64,000 bases of DNA, taken from Ramazzottius varieornatus. Its lineage: Eukaryota > Animalia > Tardigrada. The notes under the pieces are model-generated. The model was not told the origin of the DNA and did no database searches. It worked only from the letters and a program-made list of their open reading frames with translations. This document shows, in pieces, positions 1 through 14,769 of the stretch. How positions within the stretch are numbered: position 1 is the stretch's first letter; each line of letters opens with the position of its first letter. The position numbers and the translations under genes are program-made. The stretch is from NCBI GenBank assembly GCA_001949185.1, contig BDGG01000001.1, positions 62,001 through 126,000 on the forward strand, read 5' to 3'.

Positions 1-176
1 TGTACTTCTTGACCACTGGTATGCTCCTCCTGCCCGGTATCTGCGCTAACAAGCAGCGTTTGACCAAGATGCGCGTCGAAGTGGAGAACGCACTGGCTCA
101 CTCGGCCAAAGGGCGTGTTCCGGCTGGCAAACAGCAAGATGCCAAGCGTGAACCTCCGCCACCTCCGGTGTTTTAA
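1..176 (+). CDS. 3' end of an unidentified gene entering the window
   Basis: Frame open from nt 3 to TAA 174-176 (YFLTTGMLLLPGICANKQRLTKMRVEVENALAH...EPPPPPVF*); AATAAA at ~295; convergent with enolase. Confidence 0.5.
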   Translation, partial: YFLTTGMLLLPGICANKQRLTKMRVEVENALAHSAKGRVPAGKQQDAKREPPPPPVF

Positions 177-493
177 AAATAAGCATATGCTTGTGAGAAA
201 AAGCAGTTCGGTTTTGTGTTTTGAACAGATATCATTTTGGAAAGATATAATGTTGCTGTAATCGTCTGATTGCCTTCCGAAGCCTGAATGTCGGAATAAA
301 GCGGAAGACTACTCTTAAGGAAATTTACCTGGGCTCAGGGAAGAATAGTCGTGGCCGACGCAGGTTATAGTTGCAATTATGTTTACTCAGTTCGACTATA
401 CAGAGTCGTCCATCATATGCGGAATGTTCAACTTGCAATTCATAAGAAGTCAGAAGTTTAAAGGTATCACAGAAAAGAAGTTATGGGAAGTAT

Positions 494-2927
<2,434 letters not shown>

Positions 2928-3193
2928 TGTGCAAGCGGGGGACTATCTGTCTCTAGATTTGAGAACGGCGAAATCTGATAGGAGAGGTAAATATTGCTGG
3001 GAACCACGAAGGAGATTGTAAAATACGACGAGTGACCAGGGAATAAAAAGGCAACTGACAGCAGCTTGACTCTATGACAACAGCCTTGAGCCTTCCTTCC
3101 AGTGCTCAATTCCCATCCCTACAATTTCTTCATAGTACTGTACGACCTTGGAGTCATTTTGAACCTGGAACAGGACAACAAGGAAGAATATGT

Positions 3194-5988
3194 TTAAGCT
3201 GAAGCTATTGTCATTTTACTAGTACTAGTAAGACCAAATACGGCCGGGGAGCCATTGTCTCGGTTATCACTACGCATTGTCAGCATTTTCACTCGTTCCA
3301 ACACATCACCATTCCCTCTTCCAGCATACTCTATTCTATCAGGGAGCTTCTCAGTATTTTCTTCGAGTTTAAAGTAGGTTATATTTTGAGGGAATATCTC
3401 ATCCATCTTGGGCTGGTGGAAGCCGAAAGCGTCTAGCGAACTTCGGTGCTTCTTCTTAAACTGTAAACGTGCCATCTTCCATACTTCTTCGTGCTTCTAG
3501 AAAAACAAGACCGTCCACATTAGTCTGAAGGTGAAATTAAGGCATTATAGAAACTGGTGAGCCAACTTTGCCAGTTTGTTTGGCCAGGTGGCGCACGCTT
3601 TTGGCCGGAGGCTGCGCCACTGGAAACAGCAATTTTGTCGAGATTGTTTCATGAAGTGGCGCACGCTTCCGGCCAATAATACACTAAACGTGCGCCACGT
3701 GGATAAACGACCTTGCCTAGTTTGCTAGATTGTTCCAAGTGGCGCAGAACTAGTTTATTATTTGCTGGAAGCAAACGTCACTTGGAACATCAAGTTTATC
3801 CAACTTTGTTTGCCGAGCGTCCAAATACTTTCTTTAGGACTCATTTACCTGTTTGAGCGCGGCGCCGTATCGATGAAGTTCAATGATGTCGTCCCTATGA
3901 TGCTGAAGGAGCTCCTGAATGTGTCTGCCACCTTGCTTGATCACCGCTTCGTCTTGCGAGGCCACAGCTTGAAGGCTATGGAAGCAAATTTCGTAGATGG
4001 TGGCTTCCTCGGCCATCAGGTCGTAGGCTTTGCTATGCATCAAGGAGGATAGGGAAGCTTTCTGGGAAATATTGAACGTCGTCTCGAAGTAACCCTTGTC
4101 CAGATGATCCATTTCCTCCTGGTACTACAATGCGGGAAAAACAGACCTTCCTTTTCGTCAGCCAAAAGAAACCCCCTCTCGGTCAGACAGCCAGGCTACA
4201 ATGACGTCACTGCGGACTGGACTGGACTGTACTGGACAAGAGCTGTCAAATGCATTTTAGCGACTTGATCATCTTTGGCACTTTTCTACCAAAGTTCCAA
4301 CGAGAAATAGGCAGCGCGGCGCGGGCCAAGTCGCCATGACCGCGAAAGGCGTTTGTGGGTGATGAGGGTATAGTGGAGGTTGGCCTACCTTCTGGACTTT
4401 GGTCATGGCGATTTCCTTGATCCACTGCAACCTCTTGACATCGTCCAGCAACCTCTTGCGAAGGATGTGCTTCTTTGCATATTGTTCCCTCAGCGCTGTC
4501 GCTCCTTCCAAGGTTTGCCTACACTTGCCAATCTCCCTCTCAATGGCCTCCATCGGTCCTGTGAACTTGTTGAGCTCTTCCAACGACTGGAAAATACAGC
4601 GCTCCAAGCGATCCAACTTGCCTCTTCTTAGATCAACCTGCTTCTTCAAGTCAGAAATCATATCAGCGTTACAGGACACAATGTCCTGATAGTAATTGCG
4701 TAGATTGTTCAAACTCTTGGACTGGACATCCAGCATCTGCCCCATCTGTTGGCTCTTCATCTTGTCCTGCTTTTTCATGTAGGCGCGAAACTCATCTTCG
4801 ATGTCCTGTCGACTTTGGTCCACGTAGCCGATGCACGTGTTGGCCATCGTTTCTTGCAGGACCAGAAAGTCCTCTTTATCCCTCTGCATATCACGAAGGC
4901 GGCTCAGTTTCACGTCGCGAATCAACTGGTCCAGGACAATGCGCTCATTGATGTCATCCTGCTTAACTCCCATCACTCCTTCGTAAGCTTCTTTTTCCAG
5001 CTTCCACTCTTCTTTCAGTGTCGGCAGGAAGTTTTCCAGGAAGGCTGTTTTGGCTGAGACAGATTCAGTGAAGCTTTCCGACATGAGATGCTTTAGCTTT
5101 TGCCTACTAACCTTGAAGAAAACACTTGGAGAACAGCAATACGGGAGTGCAAAACAGCCGGAGATTAAACTATGGTATTACCACTAAGAAGTTCCTGCAG
5201 TAGTTGTTGGCGGCACTGAGATCGCCCTGAGCTACTCGTGATTGACGGGTCGATTGTTGAATCTTTTGTTTGGTGATTTCCAGCTGGGTGAAGAGTATTT
5301 TTTTCTCCTCTGCCACGATCCCAGACACCTCTTTTTCTTTCTTGACGTGCTGTTGCAACCGCTCCAAAATATTCTGGCGCTAGAAGCGAAAACAGGTGAT
5401 CCCGAAAGGCCATTGGGACCAAGGCAAACAAACTGGTCGAGATCGTCTCCCCCAAGTGGCGCACGCTGCCGGCTAGTAACAGGGGTAACGTGCGCCACTC
5501 GGACAAACTATCTTGTTCGGTTCGTTGACGAACTCGCTCAACGTAACCAGGCCTAATTATAAAACGCACTTATTTTCAAGCGTTTTGAACTTATTGAACT
5601 TGCGGGTTGCGGATAATTGGGCTACCTGTTTCTGGTTTAGGTCCGCGAGGCGGAAGCCATTGTACACAGCTGTGTCACATTCTTCATCGTCGTCTTGGCT
5701 GATAACTGCTGTCTTTTTCGGGTGGTATACCTCATTGTAGACAGAGAGCAAAAAGCCATCAATGTCGTCTTTGGTGGCAGCCTTCGTCTGACAGTTAAGG
5801 TCATCTGCAAACCTTGTAAGAGGTACCCTCTTGGGGAAATTTGCTTGGAGGTTTCCTTTGGCTTTGCGGTTCTGTACTGCATCGGCGAAGGGTTGCAAGA
5901 TCTCCCCTCGAGTTGGTAACTTTTGTTTCGATGCAGACGAGTGTTTCTCCACTTTGTGCGCCATCCCCCTTGCCGAGTTGAGTATCAT
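3194..5988 (-). CDS. GAS8: GAS8/DRC4 (nexin-dynein regulatory complex subunit)-like, multi-exon, divergent
   Basis: Coiled-coil exons (~5988-5570, 5380-5180, 5110-4390, 4125-3840, 3497-3194) are collinear with GAS8 as recalled: EITKQK, QKLKHLM, LRNYYQDIVSCNADMISDLKKQV, LQWIKE, SLDAFGF. The start codon is uncertain. Confidence 0.8.
3551..3790. repeat. Array of 45-bp-family hairpin repeats in a GAS8 intron (representative locus)
   Basis: GTGGCGCACG 3656-3665 / CGTGCGCCAC 3689-3698, plus neighbouring partial units at ~3587-3622 and ~3737. Confidence 0.85.
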
Positions 5989-6569
5989 AGATCATCAAAC
6001 GTTGTGCTGCAAATAATGAAACAGTTGCTTTAGCGACAGAAGGGGATGGTCGTCGTACAGTCAGACTTTACACGCTCATGCCTGTTGTGAGGTATGTTAC
6101 CGTCCTACGTATACCTCGATGGCCATTTAGCTTCCTTGTTGAAAAGATAATAATGTGGTACTAACTTAGTCAACATCTTCAGAGAAAACTTCTTCATAGC
6201 AATATTGAAGCTTGGACGGTAATACTGACTGATCATGATTTTGCGTTCGTACCCTATCTTCGTGTCGCTGCTTGTGGTCCGACCAGGTATATTTTTCCCC
6301 ATAGACACTTTACAAAGTTTGTACGACGGAGAGGACATATTTCTGTCGTACGTTGTGGACGTAATTCTGACGGTTTATAACTCCGAACCCACTGCACCAG
6401 CTCACTATGTTATTCAGGAATAAGGAAGCCAAGAAAACCATAAGAAGCATAACTAATATATGATTGTTAAACTATACGATAATCGGTTATCGGGGTAGTG
6501 CTTTACTCGACTGACACCGTTTGAGTTCAAACATTGGGCGCGTAGCCAACTGATGTTGCTCATTGATAG

Positions 6570-6919
6570 AAACAAAATCGAAAAAGTGTCAAAGTTTCGA
6601 CGAGGTGAAAACTCACATGTCTTCATCTGCTATGACGATTCAAGATGGCAAGTGTCAAACGGCCGCCAACTCTACCGAACATGGAAAGGAGGTGTTCGCC
6701 GACGAGAGCGCTTTTGGACTTTCAATGAATCTCCAGATCATAGATTGGGGCGGCAACTATAACACAAAAGTCTTGAAAGACTTTTATATTTGCAACTGCA
6801 ACACATATCTCTGCAACAAAGCAATGAGACCAAATTCAGCCAGTGCGCACACCTTACCACTGGCTTTCGTCTGGGCGTCCGCGCTATACCTTGCAGTACT
6901 ACAATCAAGTGGTGGATAG
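6570..6919 (+). CDS. Ly6/three-finger (quiver/sleepless-like) GPI-anchored protein, terminal exon; upstream exon not found
   Basis: Phase-1 acceptor GATAG| at 6569; K-C...GKCQT...ICNCNTYLCN followed by a hydrophobic C-terminal tail. Confidence 0.65.
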
Positions 6920-7121
6920 CTGTCAGAACTGCCTGCTCTGTACTATTGATAACCAGTGTATTCTACGGGATGAATTGATATGTAATATCGAAATGTAAAG
7001 AAGGGTCAAAATAAAGGAGCTTACAGTACTCACCGGCGCCATAGTCCAGTGTATAATATAGGCGGACTTTGTGCAGCATTTTGGAATCGCAGAAATTGCG
7101 GTTGCATGTACATCATGTCCG

Positions 7122-7247
7122 TACACGCAAGACGATGAATTATAGTACAGTAAAAATTATGGGACAGGCGGAAAGGACAGTAAGATTCGACCGTAGAAAA
7201 GTGTCCTAAGATGTATTACTTTAAATCGGTCGCGTACGTACGGGCTC
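7122..7247 (+). mobile_element. End of a TA-flanked CACGC-type TIR element (family of the 32.5-kb MITE)
   Basis: TACACGCAAGACGA...TACAGTAAAAATTATGGGACAGGCGGAAAGGACAGTAAG nearly identical to 32501-32620; homology stops where hAT sequence begins. Confidence 0.8.
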
Positions 7248-8764
7248 TAGAGCTCTGCAGCAGCACGCAACATCCGTTCTGCAACTGCTCTGCATCCAGT
7301 TCTTAAAAACTGCAACTGCACTGCACTGCATTTATTCTGACCGAGGGAAACTGCAACTGCACTGCATCCATGAACGTCTAGCTGCATTTTATTGCATCGA
7401 TACTGCATAAAGTATTACCGATAACTATTTATTCTACTGCGAGATAGTTTCACCGAATAACCATCAGATCACTCAGAGTTTTAGGCAGCATACTAGTTCG
7501 CTTACTGTTGAGAGCATTACCGGTATGGCTAAAAAGTCGTTCAGAAGGGTTACTAGAAGCAGGCACAGAAAGTATGCGCTTAGCGTATAAGGACAAACAA
7601 GGAAGCTCCTTCTCGTTCTGCTGCCAAAACGCGAGCAAATCTTGGGTCGCTGGAGGATTCCGCATTCGATTGTACTTTTCGACTTCGCTTTGGGCACCTG
7701 GTTCGTTCGACGAGAACATACACAGATTCGAAAAGTCGAAGATGCTCTTGGGTTTCGGAGCTCCAATATCGGCACTCGGCATCAGAGCTCTCTCATCGTG
7801 TGGTACCTCAATTTGCTGCACGTGCTTCATCACAGTTGCAATAACTTTCACACAATCTGATTCGGGCAAGAAACTCATATGTTTCATCGAAGGATTCAGA
7901 AACACTGCCACCTTATGTATGTCATCTGGTTGAAGCTTTGCTTTGAAAACATTCAAAGCGTGGACTTGGAGAGCTCGCGAAATGGTACGCCATAGAATTA
8001 AAATTACCGAGGTAGGAAGTTTTGGTGTATTCCTCTTCCCAAAAAATCCAAAGTCATCCCACCTCCTTGCACTGTCAAAATCGGCTTCGTTCCAGCTAGC
8101 AACTTCTGACGCAGTCTTTCCGCTTCCTCGCCTACGTATCTGCTGATAGTAGTCGGATCGGGCAATAGTTCTCCAGCTGTAGATTTGGGAATGGAGTTGG
8201 GAATGCTTCGCCGCTTCGGGAATGGAGTTGGGCAACGTACCGACAGCAAAGCCAATGATAAGGGGTTGATTGTTTGCCTTGCCACAAGCGCTGATGTGAC
8301 GCTTGTACACCAAGGTACTCGATGTTCGCGAATGCTTGAAGATCTGGCGGCATCGTAGGCAGATGATGTAGCCCAAAGGGCATCCCGAGGCTTTATCCTG
8401 CAGCTCCCCTAAAGTAGCTCCAGAACTTGGCTCCATTCATTCTTTTAGACGGACCAGCATCAGCAGCAACAAAACGCTTTTCCTTCACAGCTCTTTCTAC
8501 ATCTTTGATGGACATTTTACTGCAAAGTTTTGTATTAGAGCTCTGATTCTTTCGCATGCTTCAATATATAGTCTTACATAGGGGATTGGCAGTGTTACCT
8601 TGCTTCCAACTGGACAGCAGTCTGTCGAACACGATCCGGGTTGTCATTATGAGTTTCCGATTCTCACCATCAGCGAGCGACCCTCTCTCAGCTTCGTCTC
8701 TCTCGAGATCCTGCTCCATACCTTCAGCACTCATCCTCACTGCTCTTATCAAAGTAGGAGCTCT
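7248..8764 (-). mobile_element. Internally deleted hAT transposon (ORF 7450-8436)
   Basis: hAT C-terminal dimerisation domain (FWQQNE..PCLSLYAKRILSVPASSNPSERLFS) and BED-like CxxC...H...C at the N-terminus; subterminal CTGCA repeats 7255-7410; candidate TAGAGCTC/GAGCTCTA ends, but no TSD found. Confidence 0.8.
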
Positions 8765-8979
8765 AATATACGGAAACTATAGCATATAGCATATAGCATA
8801 TAGGTCTTTTTCTTAGCCTCGGGTTTGATTGGCTGTTCACAACGTGACGTTTCAGCATGCTTGTACCGGAGTCGGGTAACGTAAAAGAGCTGGGCACAAA
8901 CCTGTTGCAGATTTGCGTGAAAATGTCGTGGTAAAAGGGCAAATTTCAACTCGCGAGCTAAACAGTGTTGTTCCGATAC

Positions 8980-9560
8980 GAATTTTGCAGTTCGAATTAC
9001 AATTACGATTGATCGAAATCCTTCGCGTAGCCGTGATTCGAATCGCCAGTAGTTCGTCGTTACTGAACTGACGATTACGATTAATCGAAATCCAGCTTTC
9101 GTCAGCAATTCAAATTATTTGAGTTATGCGGACGACATTTTGTAATTTGATGAATCAAGTCGTGGAAGCTTTCGTCGTCAACTCCATTCAGCGTCATGGG
9201 TGTCGACCGCAGAACATAGAGAGAAATTTTCTGGAGTGTACTGTCGTGCCTGCAAACTGATCAGAAATCACATTTTGCAAATTGGAGTGGCCGAATCAGT
9301 CGATCAATCAATTTACCTTGGATGGTTTCTATCGTACGGCTTTCTCGATTGAGCCATCTCTTCGAGCGTCACTTGTTTGAAGGAAACGCCCACAACGGAA
9401 TCCTTCTCCTTTTCAGCTTTCTGTTTTGCTGTCTGTTCGTGGTATTCCTTGTAGGCTGCTGGATGGTTCGTTAGATGAACTCCTTAGACTTCTTTAGATT
9501 TAGAACTCAAATGTTCGGAGCTCCAAAAGAATGCTCAGCTCACTGGCAGCAGATGGTGAC
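8980..9560 (-). mobile_element. Second degenerate hAT/BED-finger transposase fragment
   Basis: Minus strand reads HLTNHPAAYKEY...KQVTLEEMAQSRKPYDRNHPR, typical of the segment after a BED finger; repeated ATTACGATT.ATCGAAATCC motifs at 9000-9092. Confidence 0.4.
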
Positions 9561-9689
9561 GGTGAAGGAACGCAGTTCTCGGAGGATGTGGTCAAGTCCA
9601 CGACGGATTTTATGGGAGACGTGCTCGCGGAAGGCTTCTTACCCATCTTCTGCGTGTCGGCCTTACGGTTTCCTTTGTTTTATAAGATA

Positions 9690-12600
9690 CATGCTTTACT
9701 CGTGTATGATCGCCAGCAGAATAGCTCAGCCTTGGACACAAGGTGAAAAGACGGCAAGAGAGCCAAAGAAAAAGTTTCAGATCTAAAACATAGCAACTAC
9801 TTTAAACAATCATCGATGTTCTTTTCGCACCAAGAGAAGCTCCGCAGATCGAGACGATCTAGAAGGACTTGGAGGCAGGAAGACTTTTGCAGCTTGCAGA
9901 GGAGGGACAGAAATGTTAATCATTGACCATTGCAGATGCAACGTAGGCAAAGCTATCAGAGGCTACTTTCAAAAGCTCTAGTTCTTTGATTCTTGATGTC
10001 GGAACTACCCGGACTCTTTCTTGCGAAGCTTTTGCTGCATTCTGGCTCCTTGTCGTTGCCCGAGCAGGATGCTGTGTCCTGTCAGCAGCTGTTAGCAGGA
10101 GATGTCAATCAGGAAACCCATTCGTCCAGATCTTGAATGCATTCACCATCACGGCCTTCGCTCTCCTCTCCCACAGGTACTTCCACTGAACATCCGTCAA
10201 ATTTTGACGATACTGGCTGAAGTCGCTGTCGTGTTGGCCTCTTAGGAGCTTGCTCGGGCGGATGCTCTTAAGGAAATCTTTTTGTACTTGCTCCAGTTGC
10301 TTTTGGTGCTTGTGGCTTGAGGAGTTCCACACCGAGCAGGCGTATTCAGCAACAGGGCGAACGAGGCTCTTGTAGAGCATTTGTCTGGCTGCACCGAACT
10401 GCTTCGGGAAGTACGAGCGAATGGGGTGGAGGCGTTTTCGGCACTTTGCAGTCACTGAATCCACCTGTGCAGTCCAGTTGAGCTTTCTGTCCAGAACGAT
10501 GCCCAAACACGAGCAAAGCCCAAACACCAGCAAACTTGAGAAAAGCGTTTGTCAAGAGCCATGAGCCTGCCGCTTTCTTACCAGGGAGTTTCCACAGTAC
10601 ATCCCGTATTTCCGGTCCAGTCACTGCCAGCATTGGCAGGCAGTTTTTGCATCTTGTAGCAGTAGAGGGGACTTGATTGTTGATCGGTTGGCAATGTTCC
10701 CCACACTGGCCGTAAAATACGTTGGCTATCTATTCCGCTTTATCCTTTGGGTGGACCAGGTATTTGTGGTCGGTGCCGGGTACAGGAATCGGAGAAATGC
10801 TTCCGGTCTTGGTGGACCGCTTCACGTGCTCCACAGTGCATCTGGACGTCTTCTTGACAGTGGCGATGTTTCGTAGTTGCTTCGTCTTTGTTGCCTTGAG
10901 GATCCTCTTCGATTCTCTTGCGCGATCCACCCAAGAGTTGAAGTCTCTTGGATCCATAGTCTTGGTCCATTTTCGGAAAACCGCGTCACGTCTCTTGAGA
11001 CTGTCGATAGTCCGTGGGGAGAGTGATGGTTGGGTAAGACTTCTCGATCCAACTTTCTTCAACCTAAAATGTTTCTGCGCAATTTCCACTAGTTTAGCTT
11101 CGAAGGTACCGACAGCCACATCTGAGTTACACTGTGCATCAAAGAACGACTTCCAGTCCAAGCCAGCCACTTCTTTACGGAATTCTTGCTGACTTCCGGT
11201 CTCGAGCACCCATATTGGTTTCGGAGGCGTTGGGAAATTCACTGTCCACACTTTCACCAGACAATGCAGTCCGCCGTGGTCGTTGGAAAACGTCAGCTTA
11301 GGGAGAATATTGACTTGGCGGACAAGGCTCAGCTGGGTGACGAAAAGGATATGAGAGGACGACTCTTTTCGTACTCTGGTGACTTCCCGGACTCTTTGGA
11401 ACAGCCCGAATTCTTTAATGACGGAAAGTAGCTCCCTTCTACGAGGTTTCTTTGCTGACATGTCCTCCCAGCCGATGTCTGGACAGTTGAAATCGCCCAG
11501 CAGGATCAGGTTTCTTCTGAGGTAGGGTGGTATTTTTTGGTGAGAGGTACGTAGCTTTGCGAACGTATCCTGGAGTGTACAATACACCGACCACTGCGAT
11601 CATCTTTCATCCCACTACCTTCAGCCACAGCAACTCGAGACCTTCTACTTCATACTCGTCAACCCTCAACATGTGAAGCTCCTCCCTGGCAATGACAGCG
11701 ACGGTACCGCCGGCGCGATCTTTCCTGTAGACGCTGTATTTCTGCAAATCAGCAATCAACCCATCTGTCACTGTATCGTCCGCCATTGTCTCGACGAAGG
11801 CTCCGATGTCGACGCTGCCTTTCTCCGTCCACGCTTTGACTTCTTCCGTCTTCGACTTTATCCCGTCAAGATTCGCGTATCGGAGAGTCAGCTGTTTCCC
11901 AAGGTTCCCATCGGTTGTCTCACGAACGTTGGTCATTTTGTAAGCAGGGACAACAGGGGCAGCCACAGGCTCCACAGGGCAACAAATCAAATGAAGAATC
12001 GGTTGATTGGAGTCACTTACCAAATAGTGCAACGCCGGCTAGCCCGATAGCCTTCCAGAGTCCGCCACACCAGGTAGATCCTCAGAAATAGATGGCTTCT
12101 ACTGTTTTCTCTCCGGAAATAGATGTACTTCACTGATATCTGGTTCTCTAGAGTGTTAGCGTAGCTGTTACACAAGTCAGCATGGCGTCAGATCTTGACG
12201 TATTTACGGACAGCTTGATTGGCCGTTTTATGGGTTCATACTACAGTAAGAGACAGCTCACAGAGAAAACTGACATCACACGACAGCTGAGACAGAATGG
12301 TCAACACGATAAGCCACCAAACTCTTAACAGATAAAATTCAGAATAAGTCATTCGCTAAACAGCTGATTTCATAACTGAACCAAGCAAAATATGAACTCT
12401 CTGGATTGATTGGACTGATTGAATCCTGTGGCGTCACAGCTGTTTCAATCGTATGAGCTACCGCCTACCGACCATATCTGCAGGCTCACATTTTGAATTG
12501 AGTGACGTACATCCATTTCCGGAGAGAATACAGTACCGCCAAGGAACCTACCTGGATACTCTGGGGCCACCCAAACGGGAATCAGACAGTCCACATGGAA

Positions 12601-13080
12601 GGGTTCTAATTCTTAACTGACATGTCAGTATAAAAACTTAGAACAACACAGATTAGCGGTGAATTCTGAACGTGTCACAAAGTCGCTCGAAAACTCTTCG
12701 GGTTCTTTTCCGGCGATGCTTTGCGAATTTATCTCCTCATCAAATTAATCGTGCATAACGGGGATCGGAGATCCTAGCAGCTGATCTTCCCCGGTAGCGG
12801 GATGATCAAGAGCTCATCTCAAGCTTCTGAAACGGCATACTTTCAATAACTGATCCAAGACTTATGGCCAATGAAGATTCCATTAAAGTTGGACGATGAA
12901 GCGGCCAGGAGGCCAAAAGTGCCACCCATCGGCAGATGAAACAAAGTTAAACGAGCTAAATATCTCCCCAGAACTGCTATACTATATGTGCAGCGCAAAG
13001 CCGCACTCAGCCAACGCGGCCAAGAATGGGAGCATTGTGCTCCGTTTTGAACTATCGAGAAGAGCTTGCCGAACACCCGT
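9690..13080 (-). mobile_element. Decayed non-LTR retrotransposon (APE-type LINE), copy A; RT core deleted
   Basis: APE motifs (LRYANLDGI, FVET, LLGDFNCPDI, NDH) and post-RT region; 3' UTR shared with the 39.1-kb copy; ORF1-like part shared with 41.4-41.8 kb. The 5' limit is approximate. Confidence 0.85.
12102..12533. mobile_element. pogo-type MITE inserted in LINE copy A, TA TSD
   Basis: TIRs CTGTTTTCTCTCCGGAAAT / ATTTCCGGAGAGAATACAG flanked by TA; homologous empty site GGCTTCTACCC at ~41505. Confidence 0.9.
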
Positions 13081-14769
13081 ATGATTTAGCACTTTACTGC
13101 GGCAGGGCGATCTTCCGCGTTCGAGTTCTATCACTACAGTCAGTTATCGATCTGCGCGATCAAACGATCTGATATAAACACGGTTACGTCAGCCAGCACC
13201 GGCATCAAGCGTGCTGTAACCTCATGTCTTGAATGGCCAATCAGAAACGTAGCCTTGAAAAAGGGCCCATAATCCACACTGACCGCTGCAGTCGTACGTG
13301 TTATGGCCAGCAGGCCGAGTGACTCATACGGGGTACAGGATATCCGGCCGGGGGAACGAATGGTCCTTTCGTTGTGGCGACAATGGGCGCCCACATACCG
13401 GTTTTCTACGACCTTGCTTACCGGCTAGCTTTTGGAATTTCAATACGTCACAGACCGGATTCTAGAACGAGCGCCGAGGGCAAGTTGCGAATCACCCTGA
13501 ATTCACAGGAAGTCATTGACGCCCGGACCTTCCTTAATTACGAAACGAACACGGAAGTACTTGGGGTCAATGAAGGTAAACTGTCACGGTAGGCGGATAT
13601 ACACAATTGCGTAAGCACATTTGCCAGCCTTCGCACGTCCCCCTCGTTTAGTTGTATATAGGTATATAAAGAATACATTGTGTTGAACGGCTTACTCGAG
13701 CACAAGCTGAGCACCGGCTGAACATAGGATAATATACGTGTACAGACGATACGTAAAACGGTATAGAGGTTTTCTCGGGCAAAAAGCTGAGTACCATCTA
13801 TACAACGAACCGCAATAGATAAAAATGTAACTACAAGAAAACCAAACATGGTTCAAATCATTATTCTAGAGAAGAGAAAAGGAACAACGAGACAAGGGAC
13901 GTCTGGAGATGGGGAGGGAGGGCGGGAGAAAAAAGCTGATATGCTCACTTCGTGAAACAGTGACTGACTCCAGCTATAAATTTAGACTGTAAGCTACTCA
14001 GGATCCACATGACAACCTAATCAGATTACTATTCTGTAATGAGGGAAATGCCGAAATGGCGTCAATGGCAGTGTAACACCTTTTGTGACGTAAGAGCGTT
14101 AACTCTCTTACGTCACAAACAGCACAGACCGAACCGGACTTTGGCCATGTGCTGCATACAGGTCCCATCATTACGTAATGTTGCAGATTCTCAGTTCTCT
14201 TACGAAATTTCCTGATATTTGACATGGCCGAAGGCCGTGAACGCTGGAGAAGTACTGGAACAGTTCGGACTATATGTACAACAGTAGGGCGTCATGATTC
14301 TGCAAACTCAAAGTGCGGTAGTGCAAAGTTCGAAAGTGTGGAATCGTGTACAAAGAAGAGATACCTTCGCAAGTAGCTGCCACTGTTGTTCCTACCATTT
14401 CGGTTACAGAATGAGTCCAGAAATACTTTGTGTTTAAGGACAACCTGTACTCCCAAACACTGCATTGGAATTGCAGAAGTGTCTGGGAGTCATTTACTCC
14501 ATTTTCGCTGCCGGTGACTCAATCTTACCGACGGACGACAGGGGAACCAACGGACTTACGAGAACTTGGTGGTGCCACACGGGACGGACAATAGCTACAC
14601 GCTTTCGGATTTCAGGGAGGGGCTTATGACATGACTTTCTGCTTGTTCAAAGTATGCTAGTATGCTATGGCTCACGTACCACTTCAAAGCATCGAAACCG
14701 AAATCGACGTCTGATGGTCCTAGAGGTCCCCTCGTGACTGTCGTACTTTTGATAATTCGTTGCAATAAT

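Noticed and set aside
3551-3790. Hairpin arrays as CRISPR
   Set aside because: Only 1-4 degenerate units per cluster, inside spliceosomal introns of an animal genome, with no cas genes.
9115-9145. YADD motif on the plus strand
   Set aside because: Isolated, followed by a stop, with no other RT motifs nearby.
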